Assembly: GCA_009927565.1 (NCBI GenBank)
Contig: RFMT01000382.1
Coordinates: 1-31,376 of the forward strand
DNA length: 31,376 bases
Direction: 5' to 3'
From: Acidimicrobiia bacterium
Lineage (GTDB): Bacteria; Actinomycetota; Acidimicrobiia; Acidimicrobiales; Ilumatobacteraceae
A model generated the notes under the pieces. That model was not told the DNA's origin and ran no database searches. It saw only the letters and a program-made list of their open reading frames with translations. How positions within the stretch are numbered: position 1 is the first letter of the stretch; the number at the start of each line of letters is the position of its first letter. Of the stretch, positions 9,141-19,824 are shown one piece after another. The position numbers and the translations under genes are program-made.

Positions 9141-10225
9141 TATTCAAGCTCAACTTTCGAATCGTCGCCAAGCATCAAACGCAACGCTCGCGGTTGCTGC
9201 ACGCTGCGCATCACTTCAACATCTCGCCCAATCAGCGAATCTGTAAGTTTCGATACGCCGATTATCGAACTGCCGTCAAGAACAACCGAGTGCTCCATTT
9301 CTGATTTGATAACACGGCAGTTTTTACCGAGCGATGTATACGGCCCGATGTAACTGTCTTCGACAATTGCATCTGGCCCAATTACCACCGGCCCACGAAT
9401 TCGAGAATTCGAAATCTTCGCACCTTTTTCAACGGTCACTCGACCTTGAATCTGCGATGCGCCGTCGACCGCTCCATCAATACGATGAGTCATCGCATCG
9501 AGAACCAGACGATTGCACTCTAAAAGCGGGTCTTTCTTGCCGGTGTCAATCCACCAGCCTTGAAGAACTTTGTGCCGCACCGATAGTTTGTTGTCAACTA
9601 GCCACTGAATAGCGTCGGTGATTTCAAGTTCACCTCGCGCCGATGGCTTAATCGATCGCACTGCCTTGTTGATTGATTTGTCAAACAAATAAACGCCCAC
9701 CAAAGCCAGATCTGACGGCGGGTCTTTTGGTTTTTCGACTAAACGAACCACGTGTCCATCTTTGTCAACTTCGGCCACACCAAACTGTCGTGGGTCTTCA
9801 ACATGACACAACAAGATCTGTGCCGAAGGCTTATCTTTCGCATTGCTCGCGCGCGCGCTTTCGAAGTCGTTGACGAATTCTTCAAGACCTTGCTCGAGCA
9901 TATTGTCGCCCAAATACATAATGAAGTCGTCATCACCCAAAAATTTGTCGGCGATCAGAACGCAGTGCGCCAAGCCGAGAGGCTCATCTTGCGGAATATA
10001 AGTGACCTTGACTCCAAACTGGCTGCCGTCGCCAACCGCAGATTTGATTTCTTCGCGCGTCGAGCCAACGATTATGCCTATCTCACGAATGCCCGCTCGC
10101 GCCATCGCCTCTATTCCATAAAACAAGATTGGTTTATTGGCGATCGGTACTAGTTGTTTGGCGCTCGTATGCGTAATAGGCCTTAACCGAGTTCCGGCGC
10201 CACCAGAGAGAATCAGGCCTTTCAT
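9140..10225 (-). CDS. rmlA: Glucose-1-phosphate thymidylyltransferase, long form with a C-terminal left-handed beta-helix
   Basis: LSGGAGTRLRPITHTSAKQL, EKPK, SARGELEITD and WWIDTG motifs. Confidence 0.95.
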   Translation of the reverse strand: MKGLILSGGAGTRLRPITHTSAKQLVPIANKPILFYGIEAMARAGIREIGIIVGSTREEIKSAVGDGSQFGVKVTYIPQDEPLGLAHCVLIADKFLGDDDFIMYLGDNMLEQGLEEFVNDFESARASNAKDKPSAQILLCHVEDPRQFGVAEVDKDGHVVRLVEKPKDPPSDLALVGVYLFDKSINKAVRSIKPSARGELEITDAIQWLVDNKLSVRHKVLQGWWIDTGKKDPLLECNRLVLDAMTHRIDGAVDGASQIQGRVTVEKGAKISNSRIRGPVVIGPDAIVEDSYIGPYTSLGKNCRVIKSEMEHSVVLDGSSIIGVSKLTDSLIGRDVEVMRSVQQPRALRLMLGDDSKVELE

Positions 10226-10269
10226 CAGCCCATAAGCCTAGAGCGATACTGCGAACTAGCGTGAACTGC

Positions 10270-11497
10270 ATGAATCAAGCCCGCAATGCGTTTTTGCACC
10301 CGTTCGCCAAACCTACAAAAGACAACTTCATCAAACTTGTGCGTGGAAAAGGCGCTCTCGTTTGGGACGACAAAGGGAACGAACTCGTCGACGGTATGGC
10401 CAGTCTTTGGTATTGCGCGGTCGGCCATGGACGCAAAGAAATTGCCGATGCAGTAGCCAAACAAATCGAAACTCTCGAGGCTTATTCAACATTCGATCCG
10501 TTTACGAGCGATCCAGTCGAGCAACTTGCAACAAGACTTGTTTCGCTTTGCCCGATGTCGAACGCGCGAGTTTTTTTCTGCGGCAGTGGTTCAGAAGCGG
10601 TCGATTCGGCAATGAAACTGGCGCGACTCGCCCATGTGCAGGCGGGCCAACCAGAGCGCACAGTGATTATTTCGCGAATGCGTGGCTATCACGGCACCAA
10701 CTACGGCGGCACCAGCGCGCAAGGTTTGCCGCTAAACAAAGTCGGTTACGGCCCTCTCGTTGCCGATGTTGAGCAGGTCGCCAGCGACGATCTCGAAGCA
10801 TTGTCTGTGATCATGACGCAACGCGGCAAACAAAGTGGCTGCGATTCTCGCCGAGCCTCTGCAGGGAGCGGGCGGTGTTTATCCTCCATCGGCTGAATAT
10901 CTCAAAGGTCTGCGCAAACTTTGCGATCAACACGGCGCGTTTTTGATTTTCGATGAAGTGATTACTGGTTTTGCGCGCCTCGGTACTTGGTTCGGTGCAA
11001 ACTTTTACGGCGTTAATCCGGACTTGCTGTGCTTCGCGAAAGCGGTGACGTCGGGCTATCAGCCCCTCGGTGGTGTGTTTGTCGGCGAAGCCGTTCGCAA
11101 ACCACTTGAGGCCGACCCTGATTTCTTTTTGCGTCACGGCTACACATATTCAGGCCATGCATCTGCTTGCGTCGCCGCGCTCGTCAACCTCGAGATAATC
11201 GAGCGAGAAGGTTTGCGTGATCGCGCAACCGTAATCGGCAAACGAATCGGTGATGCACTCAAGGCACTCGCCCAAGATGGCGTCATTGATCACGCCCGTG
11301 GTGATGGCGCTGTTTGGGCCGCCGGGCTACATGCGTCTCAGAACAACGTCAAGATCCGCGATCGAATGCTCGAACTTGGCGCAATCACTCGAGCGATCAA
11401 TGCAGACACGAATACTTTTTGTCCGCCGCTTGTCATCACTGACTCGCAGCTCGACAAATTACTCGACGCTTTCGCCAAAGCCGCCTCCGGCAAATAG
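10270..11497 (+). CDS. Class III PLP aminotransferase (omega-amino acid/putrescine:pyruvate type) with an apparent +1 frameshift at 10832-10834
   Basis: DGMASLWYCAVGHG, SGSEAVD and GYHG in ORF 10261-10896; AEPLQGAGG, FDEVITGFAR and FAKAVTSGY (PLP Lys) in ORF 10835-11497. Removing one A from CAAAGTG gives ..QRGKQVAAILAEP... Confidence 0.9.
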
Positions 11498-11511
11498 CAG
11501 ACGCGCTCGAC

Positions 11512-12387
11512 CTAAGTCTTGGGGTGGGTTAGCAGTTTCATCAGGCTGCTGGTGTCCCAGCGCGAGCCACCCATTTCAATCACTCGGGCGTAAAGCGCGT
11601 CTACGAGTTTTGTCATAGTCAAATCGGCGCCGTTGTTGCTTGCCTCGTCAAAGCAGATGCCAAGATCTTTGCGCATCCATTCGACGGCAAAGCCGAAGTC
11701 ATATTGATCGCGAACCATCGTTTTAGAACGGTTTTCCATTTGCCATGACTGCGCCGCGCCTTTTGAAATAACTTCTACGACCTGATCGGCATCAAGACCC
11801 GCACGCATCGCAAAATTAAGTGCCTCTGAGAGCCCTGAGACAACACCTGCAATACAAATTTGATTCACCATCTTTGTTAACTGCCCTGCACCAGCATCGC
11901 CCATACGTTGACATGCTTTGGCATAAGCATCAAATACTGGTCGCACACGATCGAAAACGTCTTGATCATCGCAACCACACATCACCGTTAATGCACCATT
12001 TTCGGCGCCGGCCTGACCACCTGATACTGGTGCATCGATGAAGCCGACACTTTTTTCTTTGCATGCGGCCGAAAGTTCACGTGCAAGAGTTGCCGATGCG
12101 GTCGTGTGATCAACCAAAACCGAACCCGCTTTTAGACCAGCCAGCGCCCCATCGTCACCAAACACAACGCTGCGAACATCGTTGTCGTTGCCAACACAAA
12201 CCATCACAACGTCGCTCTGCTCGCCAACTTCGCGAGGCGTAAGTGCAAAACTGCCGCCATTTTTCGCGACCCACTGCTCGGCTTTTTCTGTATTGCGGTT
12301 GTAGACGACTACGTCATGACCTTTGCTGGCTAGATGGCGCGCCATTGGCGAGCCCATTACGCCGAGTCCGCAAAAACCAACTTTCAT
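11512..12387 (-). CDS. NAD(P)-dependent 3-hydroxyisobutyrate dehydrogenase / tartronate-semialdehyde reductase family oxidoreductase
   Basis: GLGVMGSPMA, DAPVSGG, GAGQLTKMVNQ and MRKDL motifs. Confidence 0.9.
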   Translation of the reverse strand: MKVGFCGLGVMGSPMARHLASKGHDVVVYNRNTEKAEQWVAKNGGSFALTPREVGEQSDVVMVCVGNDNDVRSVVFGDDGALAGLKAGSVLVDHTTASATLARELSAACKEKSVGFIDAPVSGGQAGAENGALTVMCGCDDQDVFDRVRPVFDAYAKACQRMGDAGAGQLTKMVNQICIAGVVSGLSEALNFAMRAGLDADQVVEVISKGAAQSWQMENRSKTMVRDQYDFGFAVEWMRKDLGICFDEASNNGADLTMTKLVDALYARVIEMGGSRWDTSSLMKLLTHPKT

Positions 12388-12409
12388 TTCGCGTCAGTCC
12401 GCCGATTTG

Positions 12410-13003
12410 CTATTTCTTTTTTGATGCAGCTTTGGCGGCCGCAGGCTTTGCTGCCGATTTTGTCGCCGTCGACTTGGCTGCAGACTTTGTTGCAGTCTTT
12501 GCGGGCTTAAGAACGCCCTTCTCTAGAGCCTTGTCCAAATAAATTTCTGCTTCTTCAGTAGTGCACTTGAGGGCAGGTTGGATTTCAGAAATCAAGTTGA
12601 CTCGGGCGCGGTCATACATTGTTTTTTCAGCCGCTGACAAAGCCGAGTCACGATCGCGTGCTGCCAAGTTGCGAACAACTTCGGCGACTTGATAAACATC
12701 TCCGCTCTTGAGTTTTTCTTGGTGATTCTTAAATCGACGTGACCAGTTCGCAGGCACACGCGGGTCTGCTTTCGAAAGCACAGAAACCAAGTCTTGCAAT
12801 TCACTCGAAGAAACTGGCGGCCGTACACCGACAGCCGAGATTTGTTCAACCGGAATCGACAATGTCATTTCGTTGATCACAGTGCGCAAAATTAGATAGT
12901 CAGAAGTCTTGCCGAATGCCTTCATTCGCTTGATGTTCAAGACGATGCAGGCGCCATGTTGTGGATAGATGACTGTGTCACCCTTTTTCCATTTAAGTTT
13001 CAC
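12410..13003 (-). CDS. carD: CarD-family RNA polymerase-binding transcription factor with a Lys/Ala-rich C-terminal tail
   Basis: GDTVIYPQHG N-terminus, NWSRRFK (the conserved wedge Trp), EKLKSGD...AEVVRNL and EKTMYDRA. Confidence 0.9.
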   Translation of the reverse strand: MKLKWKKGDTVIYPQHGACIVLNIKRMKAFGKTSDYLILRTVINEMTLSIPVEQISAVGVRPPVSSSELQDLVSVLSKADPRVPANWSRRFKNHQEKLKSGDVYQVAEVVRNLAARDRDSALSAAEKTMYDRARVNLISEIQPALKCTTEEAEIYLDKALEKGVLKPAKTATKSAAKSTATKSAAKPAAAKAASKKK

Positions 13004-13065
13004 TAAATACCCTTCTCAATCAGACCCCAAAGGATACGTCACGAACGACCCAATAGCCGAATAAT

Positions 13066-15501
13066 TTACGACCGAAGCCGTTCATTGCGCGGGTCGAACA
13101 GCGGCTCTTGCCCAACGGTGGCTTTCTTGCGTTCGCCGAAAATTTCAATTTCAAGTTTGGTGCCAGCAGCCTCAAACTCTGGTCGCACATAGGCAAGGGC
13201 CACGCTCTTATTCAGCGTGAAACTCCAACCACCAGAAGTTGCGATGCCGATTCGCTTTTCGCCGCTGAATACCGAGGCACAAAACGGCGCATCTGCATCG
13301 CCGTCTTCATCAAGTGTCATCGGCACAAATCGCCACTTTGAGCCAGCAGCTTTTTCGGCAACTAGCGCGTCACGGCCCACAAATGAAGGCTTGGTCAAGT
13401 CAACGAAACGATCAAGCGATGCGTCAAACGGCGAGAATCCAATTTCGAGATCGCCCTTCCATCCGCGATAGCACTTGTCAAGACGCAAACTGTCGACCGC
13501 ATAAATACCCATATCGGCAATTTGATGATTCTCGCCCGCTTTCCAGATTGCATCGTAAAGAGCGACCATCTGCTCATTAGATGCGTGCAACTCCCAACCA
13601 AGTTCGCCAACATAGTTAACTCGCAAAGCACGCACAGGGCCGACTGCCGTATCGATCATGCGCATCGACAACCACGGAAACGCTGCATTATCGAGTGCGG
13701 ATGTCGTGACTTGCGACAACACCTCTCGCGAACGCGGCCCAACCAAAATCAGCGAACCGTAATCTTTAGTGACATTCTTCAGTGTCACCGAACCGTCTGT
13801 AGGCAACGCCATCTCGAGCACGTCAAGGTCGTGCCATTCTGAACTTGCAGCACCGACCAGGTAAAAACTGTCTTCTGCAACGCGAACAACGGTGAACTCG
13901 CTCAGAACTTTGCCATCTGGCAACAGCGCGTAAACCAAACTTATGCGTCCTACTTTCGGCAACTTTGTGCAAAGCAAATTGTCGAGATACGCGAACGCAC
14001 CTGGGCCACTTACCTCAATCTTTGTGAAGCCCGGCAAATCAAGAATCGCAACTCCGTTTCGCGCTGCATGCACTTCTTTGGCGACAACTTTGCGCCATCC
14101 ATTGCGTCTGAAAAACGAAAGTGTGTGGTCGGTTACTTCGTTTTTCGGATCAAAATAAGTTGGTCGCTCCCAACCGCCGCGCGCGCCGTATGATGCGCCT
14201 TTCTTCTTAAGTTTCTCGTAGAGCGGCGAAACGTATGCAGGTCTGCCGGCGGGACGCTCTTCAAATGGGAAACCCATTGCATATTCGTTTTGATAGACCT
14301 CGACTGCTTTGTCGATCGTGTATTTCGTAGTTGCGTATTCTTTGTATCGACGGCGGTCAATTGACCACAGATCAAACTCAGGACGACCGGTGAGAATCCA
14401 TTCGGCAATTGCTTTGCCAGCACCGCCACCTTGCGCAATGCCAAAACTGAATGTGTTGCAGTGAAAGAAATTGCGCATGCCACGCTCAGGTCCGAGATAT
14501 GGGTTGCCATCTGGCGCATATGGAATTGGCCCGTTGACAACTTTGGCAATGCCTGCTTCGCCAAGAACTGGCACACGCTCACCAGCATCAAGAATTTGTT
14601 TTTCGAGACGCTCAAGATCTTCTGACCACAACATATTGGCGAACTGATCTGGAATACCGTCGAGCCACATCGGTGTCGCCTGCCACTCGTACGGCCCAAG
14701 AATGAAACCGCTGCGCTCTTGACGCAAATAATAAGAAGTGTCGGGGTCACGAAGTAGCGGCAATGGTTCGGTGCGTGCCGCAAGTTCGTCGATCTCTTCT
14801 GTAATCAAATATTGGTGGGCCATTGTCATGATCGGCAGATGTCGACCGATTAGATCCATCACTTCGCCTGCTCGATAGCCAGCGGCATTGATCACGATTT
14901 CGCACTCGATTTCGGTTTCAACACCAGCAGCACTAGTTGTCACTGTCCACTCGAAGTTTTTGTGTTGACGCAAACCGATAACTCGTTCGTTGCGACGCAC
15001 GCGTGCGCCAAGTGATCGCGCGGCACGCGCCATCGCTTGTGTTACTTGCGAGGGGTCAATATCGCCGTCTAGAGGATCCCACAATGCGCCAAGCAAATCA
15101 TGAGTTTTTAACAATGGATATCGATCAACAAGTTCTGCTGGAGTGAGCATGTCGTACTCCATGTCGTTGGCGCGGGCCATGCTTTTTACATGACGAAACT
15201 CAGCCATGCGCTCTTCGCTATGCGCCAAACGCACCGAACCAGTTACGTGATAGCTGATCGGAAAATCTTTGTCTTTTGCCAACTCGCGATATAAAGATGC
15301 AGAATATTTCTGAACCTGCATAATGCTGTAACTGGTCGAATATGTGGGCACATTGCCTGCTGCATGCCAAGTCGAACCTGAAGTAAGTTCATCGCGTTCG
15401 AGCAACAGCACATCAGTGCAACCCATTTTTGCAAGGTGATAAAGCGCACTACAACCCGCAATACCGCCACCAATAATTACAACTTTTGCTCTCTCGCCCA
15501 T
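13066..15501 (-). CDS. GcvT-family FAD-dependent oxidoreductase (dimethylglycine dehydrogenase-like), 811 aa
   Basis: IGGGIAG Rossmann motif, TWHAAG covalent-FAD His, and a C-terminal GcvT/THF-binding domain (SLRLDKCY, SGGWSFTL). Confidence 0.93.
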   Translation of the reverse strand: MGERAKVVIIGGGIAGCSALYHLAKMGCTDVLLLERDELTSGSTWHAAGNVPTYSTSYSIMQVQKYSASLYRELAKDKDFPISYHVTGSVRLAHSEERMAEFRHVKSMARANDMEYDMLTPAELVDRYPLLKTHDLLGALWDPLDGDIDPSQVTQAMARAARSLGARVRRNERVIGLRQHKNFEWTVTTSAAGVETEIECEIVINAAGYRAGEVMDLIGRHLPIMTMAHQYLITEEIDELAARTEPLPLLRDPDTSYYLRQERSGFILGPYEWQATPMWLDGIPDQFANMLWSEDLERLEKQILDAGERVPVLGEAGIAKVVNGPIPYAPDGNPYLGPERGMRNFFHCNTFSFGIAQGGGAGKAIAEWILTGRPEFDLWSIDRRRYKEYATTKYTIDKAVEVYQNEYAMGFPFEERPAGRPAYVSPLYEKLKKKGASYGARGGWERPTYFDPKNEVTDHTLSFFRRNGWRKVVAKEVHAARNGVAILDLPGFTKIEVSGPGAFAYLDNLLCTKLPKVGRISLVYALLPDGKVLSEFTVVRVAEDSFYLVGAASSEWHDLDVLEMALPTDGSVTLKNVTKDYGSLILVGPRSREVLSQVTTSALDNAAFPWLSMRMIDTAVGPVRALRVNYVGELGWELHASNEQMVALYDAIWKAGENHQIADMGIYAVDSLRLDKCYRGWKGDLEIGFSPFDASLDRFVDLTKPSFVGRDALVAEKAAGSKWRFVPMTLDEDGDADAPFCASVFSGEKRIGIATSGGWSFTLNKSVALAYVRPEFEAAGTKLEIEIFGERKKATVGQEPLFDPRNERLRS

Positions 15502-15639
15502 CGCCTTGACCGCACCCTCTCTAAAACCGCACTCTTATTGGCGTCAAATTCTAAAAACTCAGTGCCAAACTGTAGCGTTGTCAAGGCTAAAGAATGAAGA
15601 AGCGCATAAACAAATTGTGAACTAAGCAAGAGGTATTCA

Positions 15640-18107
15640 ATGGCAGATCTCCCGACAAATGCTCGTGTCGTAATTGTCGGTGGAGGCATCGTTGGATGCA
15701 GCGTTGCCTATCACCTCGCCTTGCGTGGATGCACTGACGTCGTACTGCTCGAACGCAAGCAACTTACTTGTGGCACCACCTGGCACGCTGCAGGTCTTGT
15801 CGGCCAATTGCGTGCGACTCATAACCTGACACGACTTGCTCAATACACAACGAACCTTTTCAAATCGCTCGAAGACGTAACCGGCCAGGCGACAGGTTTT
15901 CAGCAGCGCGGCTCGGTTGCAGTAGCCCCAAATCACGAGCGATTCGAAGAACTAAAACGTGGTGCTTCGATGGCCCGCGTGTTCGGACTCGACGTCAACA
16001 TTATTTCACCTAAAGAAATCGCCGACCTCGTACCTTTGGCACGCGTCGATGATTTGGTTGGCGGTGTGCATCTTCCAAACGACGGAGTTGTCAACCCAAT
16101 TGACACGACGCAAGCACTGGCAAAAGGCGCCCGTTCTCATGGCGTAAAAATTTTTGAAAATGTCAAAGTTGACTCAATAATCGTCGAAGACGGCCGAGCA
16201 GTCGGTGTGAAAACAACGCTGGGCGATGGCAGCAATGCCAAAAGTGAAATTAGAAGCGAATTTGTCGTCAATTGTGCGGGCATGTGGGCGCGCGAACTTG
16301 GCGATGCCGCTGGCGCAGTCGTTCCGCTTCACGCTGCCGAACACTTCTACATCGTTACCGAGGCCGTGCCCGATATTCGCCGAACATGCCGGTGCTTCGC
16401 GACCCTGATGGCTGCGGATACTTCAAGGAAGACGCCGGCAAACTTTTGGTCGGTTGGTTCGAGCCAGTTGCAAAACCTTGGGGCATGAAGGGCATTTCAG
16501 AAGACTTCTCGTTCACCTCACTGCCAGAAGATTTTGAGCACATCGAGCCGTTGGTCGCGGCTGCTACTCATCGAATGCCGTTGCTTGCAAAAACCGGCAT
16601 CAGATTGTTTTTCAATGGTCCTGAGTCGTTCACTCCCGATGATCGATATTTGCTCGGCGAGTCACCGGATGTTGAAAATCTCTTTGTCGCCGCGGGCTTC
16701 AACTCAATTGGCATTCAGTCATCAGGTGGCGCGGGCAAAGTTCTCGCAGACTGGATTCTCGATGGCAAGCCCCCAATGGATCTTTGGGACGTCGATGTTC
16801 GTCGCTCGATGCCATATCAGCGAAACAAGAAATATCTTCACGATCGCACTGTCGAAACGCTCGGCTTGCTTTATGCGATGCACTGGCCATTTCGTCAGCC
16901 AGAAACAGCTCGCGGCGTTCGCAAATCGGTGCTGCACGATCGCCTCGCCGACCGAGGCGCCTGCTTCGGCGAAGTCGCTGGTTGGGAGCGCACCAATTGG
17001 TTTGCCCCTGCAGGCGTGAAACCCGAATACATATATACGTATGGCAAACAGAACTGGTTCAAATATTCTGCCGAAGAGCACCACGCTGTTCGCAATCAAG
17101 TTGGTCTGTTTGATCAGTCATCGTTCGGCAAATTCATTTTGCAAGGACCAGATGCGATGTCGGTGCTCAATCAAATTTGCGCCAACGAAGTTGATGTGCC
17201 TGTCGGCAAAATCGTCTACACACAGTGGCTGAACGAAACTGGCGGCATCGAAGCCGACCTCACGGTCACACGCCAGGCAATCGACTCGTATTTGATTGTC
17301 ACAGCAGCCGCGACCCAGGTGCGTGACTTTGCATGGCTTCGCGACCACATCCCACCTTCGGCGCGGGCGATGGCGATAGACGTTTCATCAGGTCAAGCAG
17401 TTTTAAGTGTGATGGGGCCAAACTCTCGAGCGTTGCTTTCGTCGCTCACACCCGACGATCTTTCAAACGAGGCATTTGGGTTCGGCACGTCAAAAATTAT
17501 CGACCTGGCATATGCCCGCGTTCGAGCAAATCGCATCACTTATGTCGGCGAACTCGGTTGGGAAATTTACATTCCGACTGAATTTGCAATGGGTGTTTTC
17601 GACGCCATCACGAACACAGGCAAAGACTTTGGCTTGCGACATGCCGGTTACCACGCGCTCAACTCATTGCGCACCGAAAAGGGCTACCGCCACTGGGGAC
17701 ACGACGTCTCGCCCGACGACACACCACTCGAAGCCGGCCTTGGTTTCGTTGTTGCAATGAATAAACGCGACGGCTTTATAGGTCGAGATGCACTTGCGAA
17801 ACAAAAAGAAACAGGCCTCAACAAGCGAATGGTCCAATTCTCGCTTGCCGACCCTGAGCGCTTGCTCTATCACAACGAACCGATCTGGCGCGACGGCGAA
17901 ATAGTCGGCAGCATCACATCTGGCATGTTCGGCCACACGGTTAACGCTTCGCTTGGCATGGGTTACGTAACGAACAAAAACGGTCTTGTCGACAAATCTT
18001 TTGTCACAGATGCAAAATACGAAATCGAAGTTGCCGGCGAGCGCATTAGCGCCACCGCTTCGCTCGATCCGTTCTATGATCCCAAGAGTTTGCGCGTCAA
18101 GTCGTAA
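15640..18107 (+). CDS. GcvT-family FAD-dependent oxidoreductase (sarcosine/dimethylglycine dehydrogenase-like) with an apparent -1 frameshift near 16375-16377
   Basis: VGGGIVG and TTWHAAG in ORF 15640-16488; NGPESFTPD, FNSIGI and SLRTEKGY in ORF 16272-18107. Adding one base at GATATT^CGCCG restores ..VPDI(S/P)PNMPVLRDPD... RBS AGAGG upstream. Confidence 0.9.
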
Positions 18108-18119
18108 TATGATGGCGAC

Positions 18120-19706
18120 ATGACAAGTTCGCAAAAAGAAGGGCGTCGTGGCGGCCCAGGTGCGCGACGAGCACTTCGAGCCGCGCCGCTTGCATTAGAT
18201 ATTCGCCCAGTGAACCCCGGCATGGAGAGCGGCCGCTACAAGCCGCTTACCGATGCTGAAGTTTTAAAAGTCCACAATGCGGCACTTGACGTGCTCGAAA
18301 ACATCGGCCTCGCCGATGCAATTCCAACTTGCATCGAGGCGCTCACGCCGCTTGGTTGCAAACTTTCGCCAGAGGGCCGTTTGTTGTTTCCTCGCAGTCT
18401 GATTGAACACACACTTTCAATCGCCGCACGTAAGTTCACTCTTTATGGTCAAGATCCTAAATATGACATGGAGCCGTGGGGCAAAAAGGTTTATTTCGGC
18501 ACAGCAGGCGCCGCCGTTTACATCGTTGACCCAAAAACTGGCGAATACCGCGAATCACTCTCGCAAGATGCTTACGACATTGCTCGACTCGTCGACCAAA
18601 TGGAGCACATCCACTTTTATCAGCGCACTGTCGTGCCGCGCGATCTGCCCGACCCCGCCGAAATGGATATCAACACTTGTTATCTGAGTGTCAGCGGCAC
18701 AACTAAACATGTCGGCACTTCATGGGTTCACCCTGACCATCTCGATGCATCGCTCAAAATGTTGCACGACATTGCGGGTGGCGAAGACAAATGGCGTGCT
18801 CGTCCATTTGTTAGTCAGTCAAATTGTTTTGTTGTTCCGCCACTTAAGTTCGCAACCGATGCATGTCGTTGTCTCGAGACTGCCGTCTATGGCGGCATGC
18901 CAGTGCTGTTGCTTTCGGCTGGTCAAGCTGGCGCAACTGCACCAGCAGCTCTTGCAGGCGCGCTCGTTCAAGAAGTCGCCGAAGTGCTCGCCGGTTTGGC
19001 TTACGTCAATGCTCTTGTGCCAGGTCACCCAGCAATTTTTGGCACTTGGTCGTTTGTCTCTGACTTGCGCTCAGGTGCGATGTCAGGTGGCAGCCCAGAG
19101 CAAGCAATTCTGTCGGCGGCAAGTGCGCAAATGGCACACTTTTACGATCTCACTGGTGGCACTTCGTCGGGCATTAGCGATTCGAAAATTCCTGATGCAC
19201 AAGCAGGCGCTGAAAAGGGTTACAACCACGCGCTAGTTGGCAACGCAGGCATGAATTTAATCTACGAATCGGCTGGCATGCACGGCAGTCTTCTTGGTTT
19301 CTCACTTGAAGGCGTGGTGCTTGATAACGACATTGTCGGCGCCGTGCAACGCACGATCAAGGGCATTGACGTCACCGACGAGTCGCTGTCAGTCGACACA
19401 ATTCGCGCTGCAGTTATCGACGGTCCTGGTCACTACTTGGGTGCAAAACAAACTCTCGACATCATGCAAACCGAGTACATCTACCCCGCAGTTGGCGATC
19501 GTTTGAGCCCGAAAGAGTGGAATGAAGTCGGTCGACCACAGATTATTGATGTAGCGATCGCCAAAGTTAAAAACATTTTGGACAATCACTACCCGAGCCA
19601 TATTCCAGAAGACATAGATGCGCGAATTCGCGAATATCTACCAATCAGATTGCCTCGCGAAAAAATGATTCACCCTGCTTTGCGTGGTGAAACCGCCGGC
19701 GTTTGA
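18120..19706 (+). CDS. Trimethylamine methyltransferase (MttB) superfamily protein, non-pyrrolysine (MtgB-like quaternary-amine demethylase)
   Basis: 528 aa with typical family segments (GQAGATAPAALAGALVQ, DLRSGAMSGGSPE, DSKIPDAQAGAEK, GPGHYLGAKQT). No in-frame TAG. Confidence 0.9.
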   Translation: MTSSQKEGRRGGPGARRALRAAPLALDIRPVNPGMESGRYKPLTDAEVLKVHNAALDVLENIGLADAIPTCIEALTPLGCKLSPEGRLLFPRSLIEHTLSIAARKFTLYGQDPKYDMEPWGKKVYFGTAGAAVYIVDPKTGEYRESLSQDAYDIARLVDQMEHIHFYQRTVVPRDLPDPAEMDINTCYLSVSGTTKHVGTSWVHPDHLDASLKMLHDIAGGEDKWRARPFVSQSNCFVVPPLKFATDACRCLETAVYGGMPVLLLSAGQAGATAPAALAGALVQEVAEVLAGLAYVNALVPGHPAIFGTWSFVSDLRSGAMSGGSPEQAILSAASAQMAHFYDLTGGTSSGISDSKIPDAQAGAEKGYNHALVGNAGMNLIYESAGMHGSLLGFSLEGVVLDNDIVGAVQRTIKGIDVTDESLSVDTIRAAVIDGPGHYLGAKQTLDIMQTEYIYPAVGDRLSPKEWNEVGRPQIIDVAIAKVKNILDNHYPSHIPEDIDARIREYLPIRLPREKMIHPALRGETAGV

Positions 19707-19730
19707 CCAAAACTTTTGTTGAAACCTTTT

Positions 19731-19806
19731 TGGCGCCCTTGGTAGGAGTCGAACCTACGACCAACGGATTAGAAGTCCGGTGCTCTATCCACTGAGCTAC
19801 AAGGGC
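19731..19806 (-). tRNA. tRNA-Arg (anticodon TCT), CCA encoded
   Basis: GCCCTTG acceptor stem, GCTC/GAGC D stem, loop CTTCTAA, T arm GTAGG-TTCGACT-CCTAC, ending CAAGGGCGCCA; 76 nt. Confidence 0.96.
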
Positions 19807-19824
19807 TAGTCAACTTCAGGCTAT

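Noticed and set aside
10825-10840. Programmed ribosomal frameshifting at the split genes
   Set aside because: No X XXY YYZ slippery site or downstream stimulator, and these enzyme families are not known to be recoded. Sequencing error is simpler.
15503-15587. 8-bp inverted repeat GCCTTGAC...GTCAAGGC between the divergent dehydrogenases
   Set aside because: The arms are 69 nt apart, too far for one operator. They may simply be opposing -35-like hexamers, and I found no well-spaced -10 boxes.
18120-19706. Pyrrolysine-containing MttB
   Set aside because: The frame is continuous with no in-frame amber codon, and no pyl genes are present.
19731-19806. tRNA-Arg as an integration site for a genomic island
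   Set aside because: I saw no integrase, no duplicated tRNA 3' end and no obvious compositional break. This was an eye scan only.
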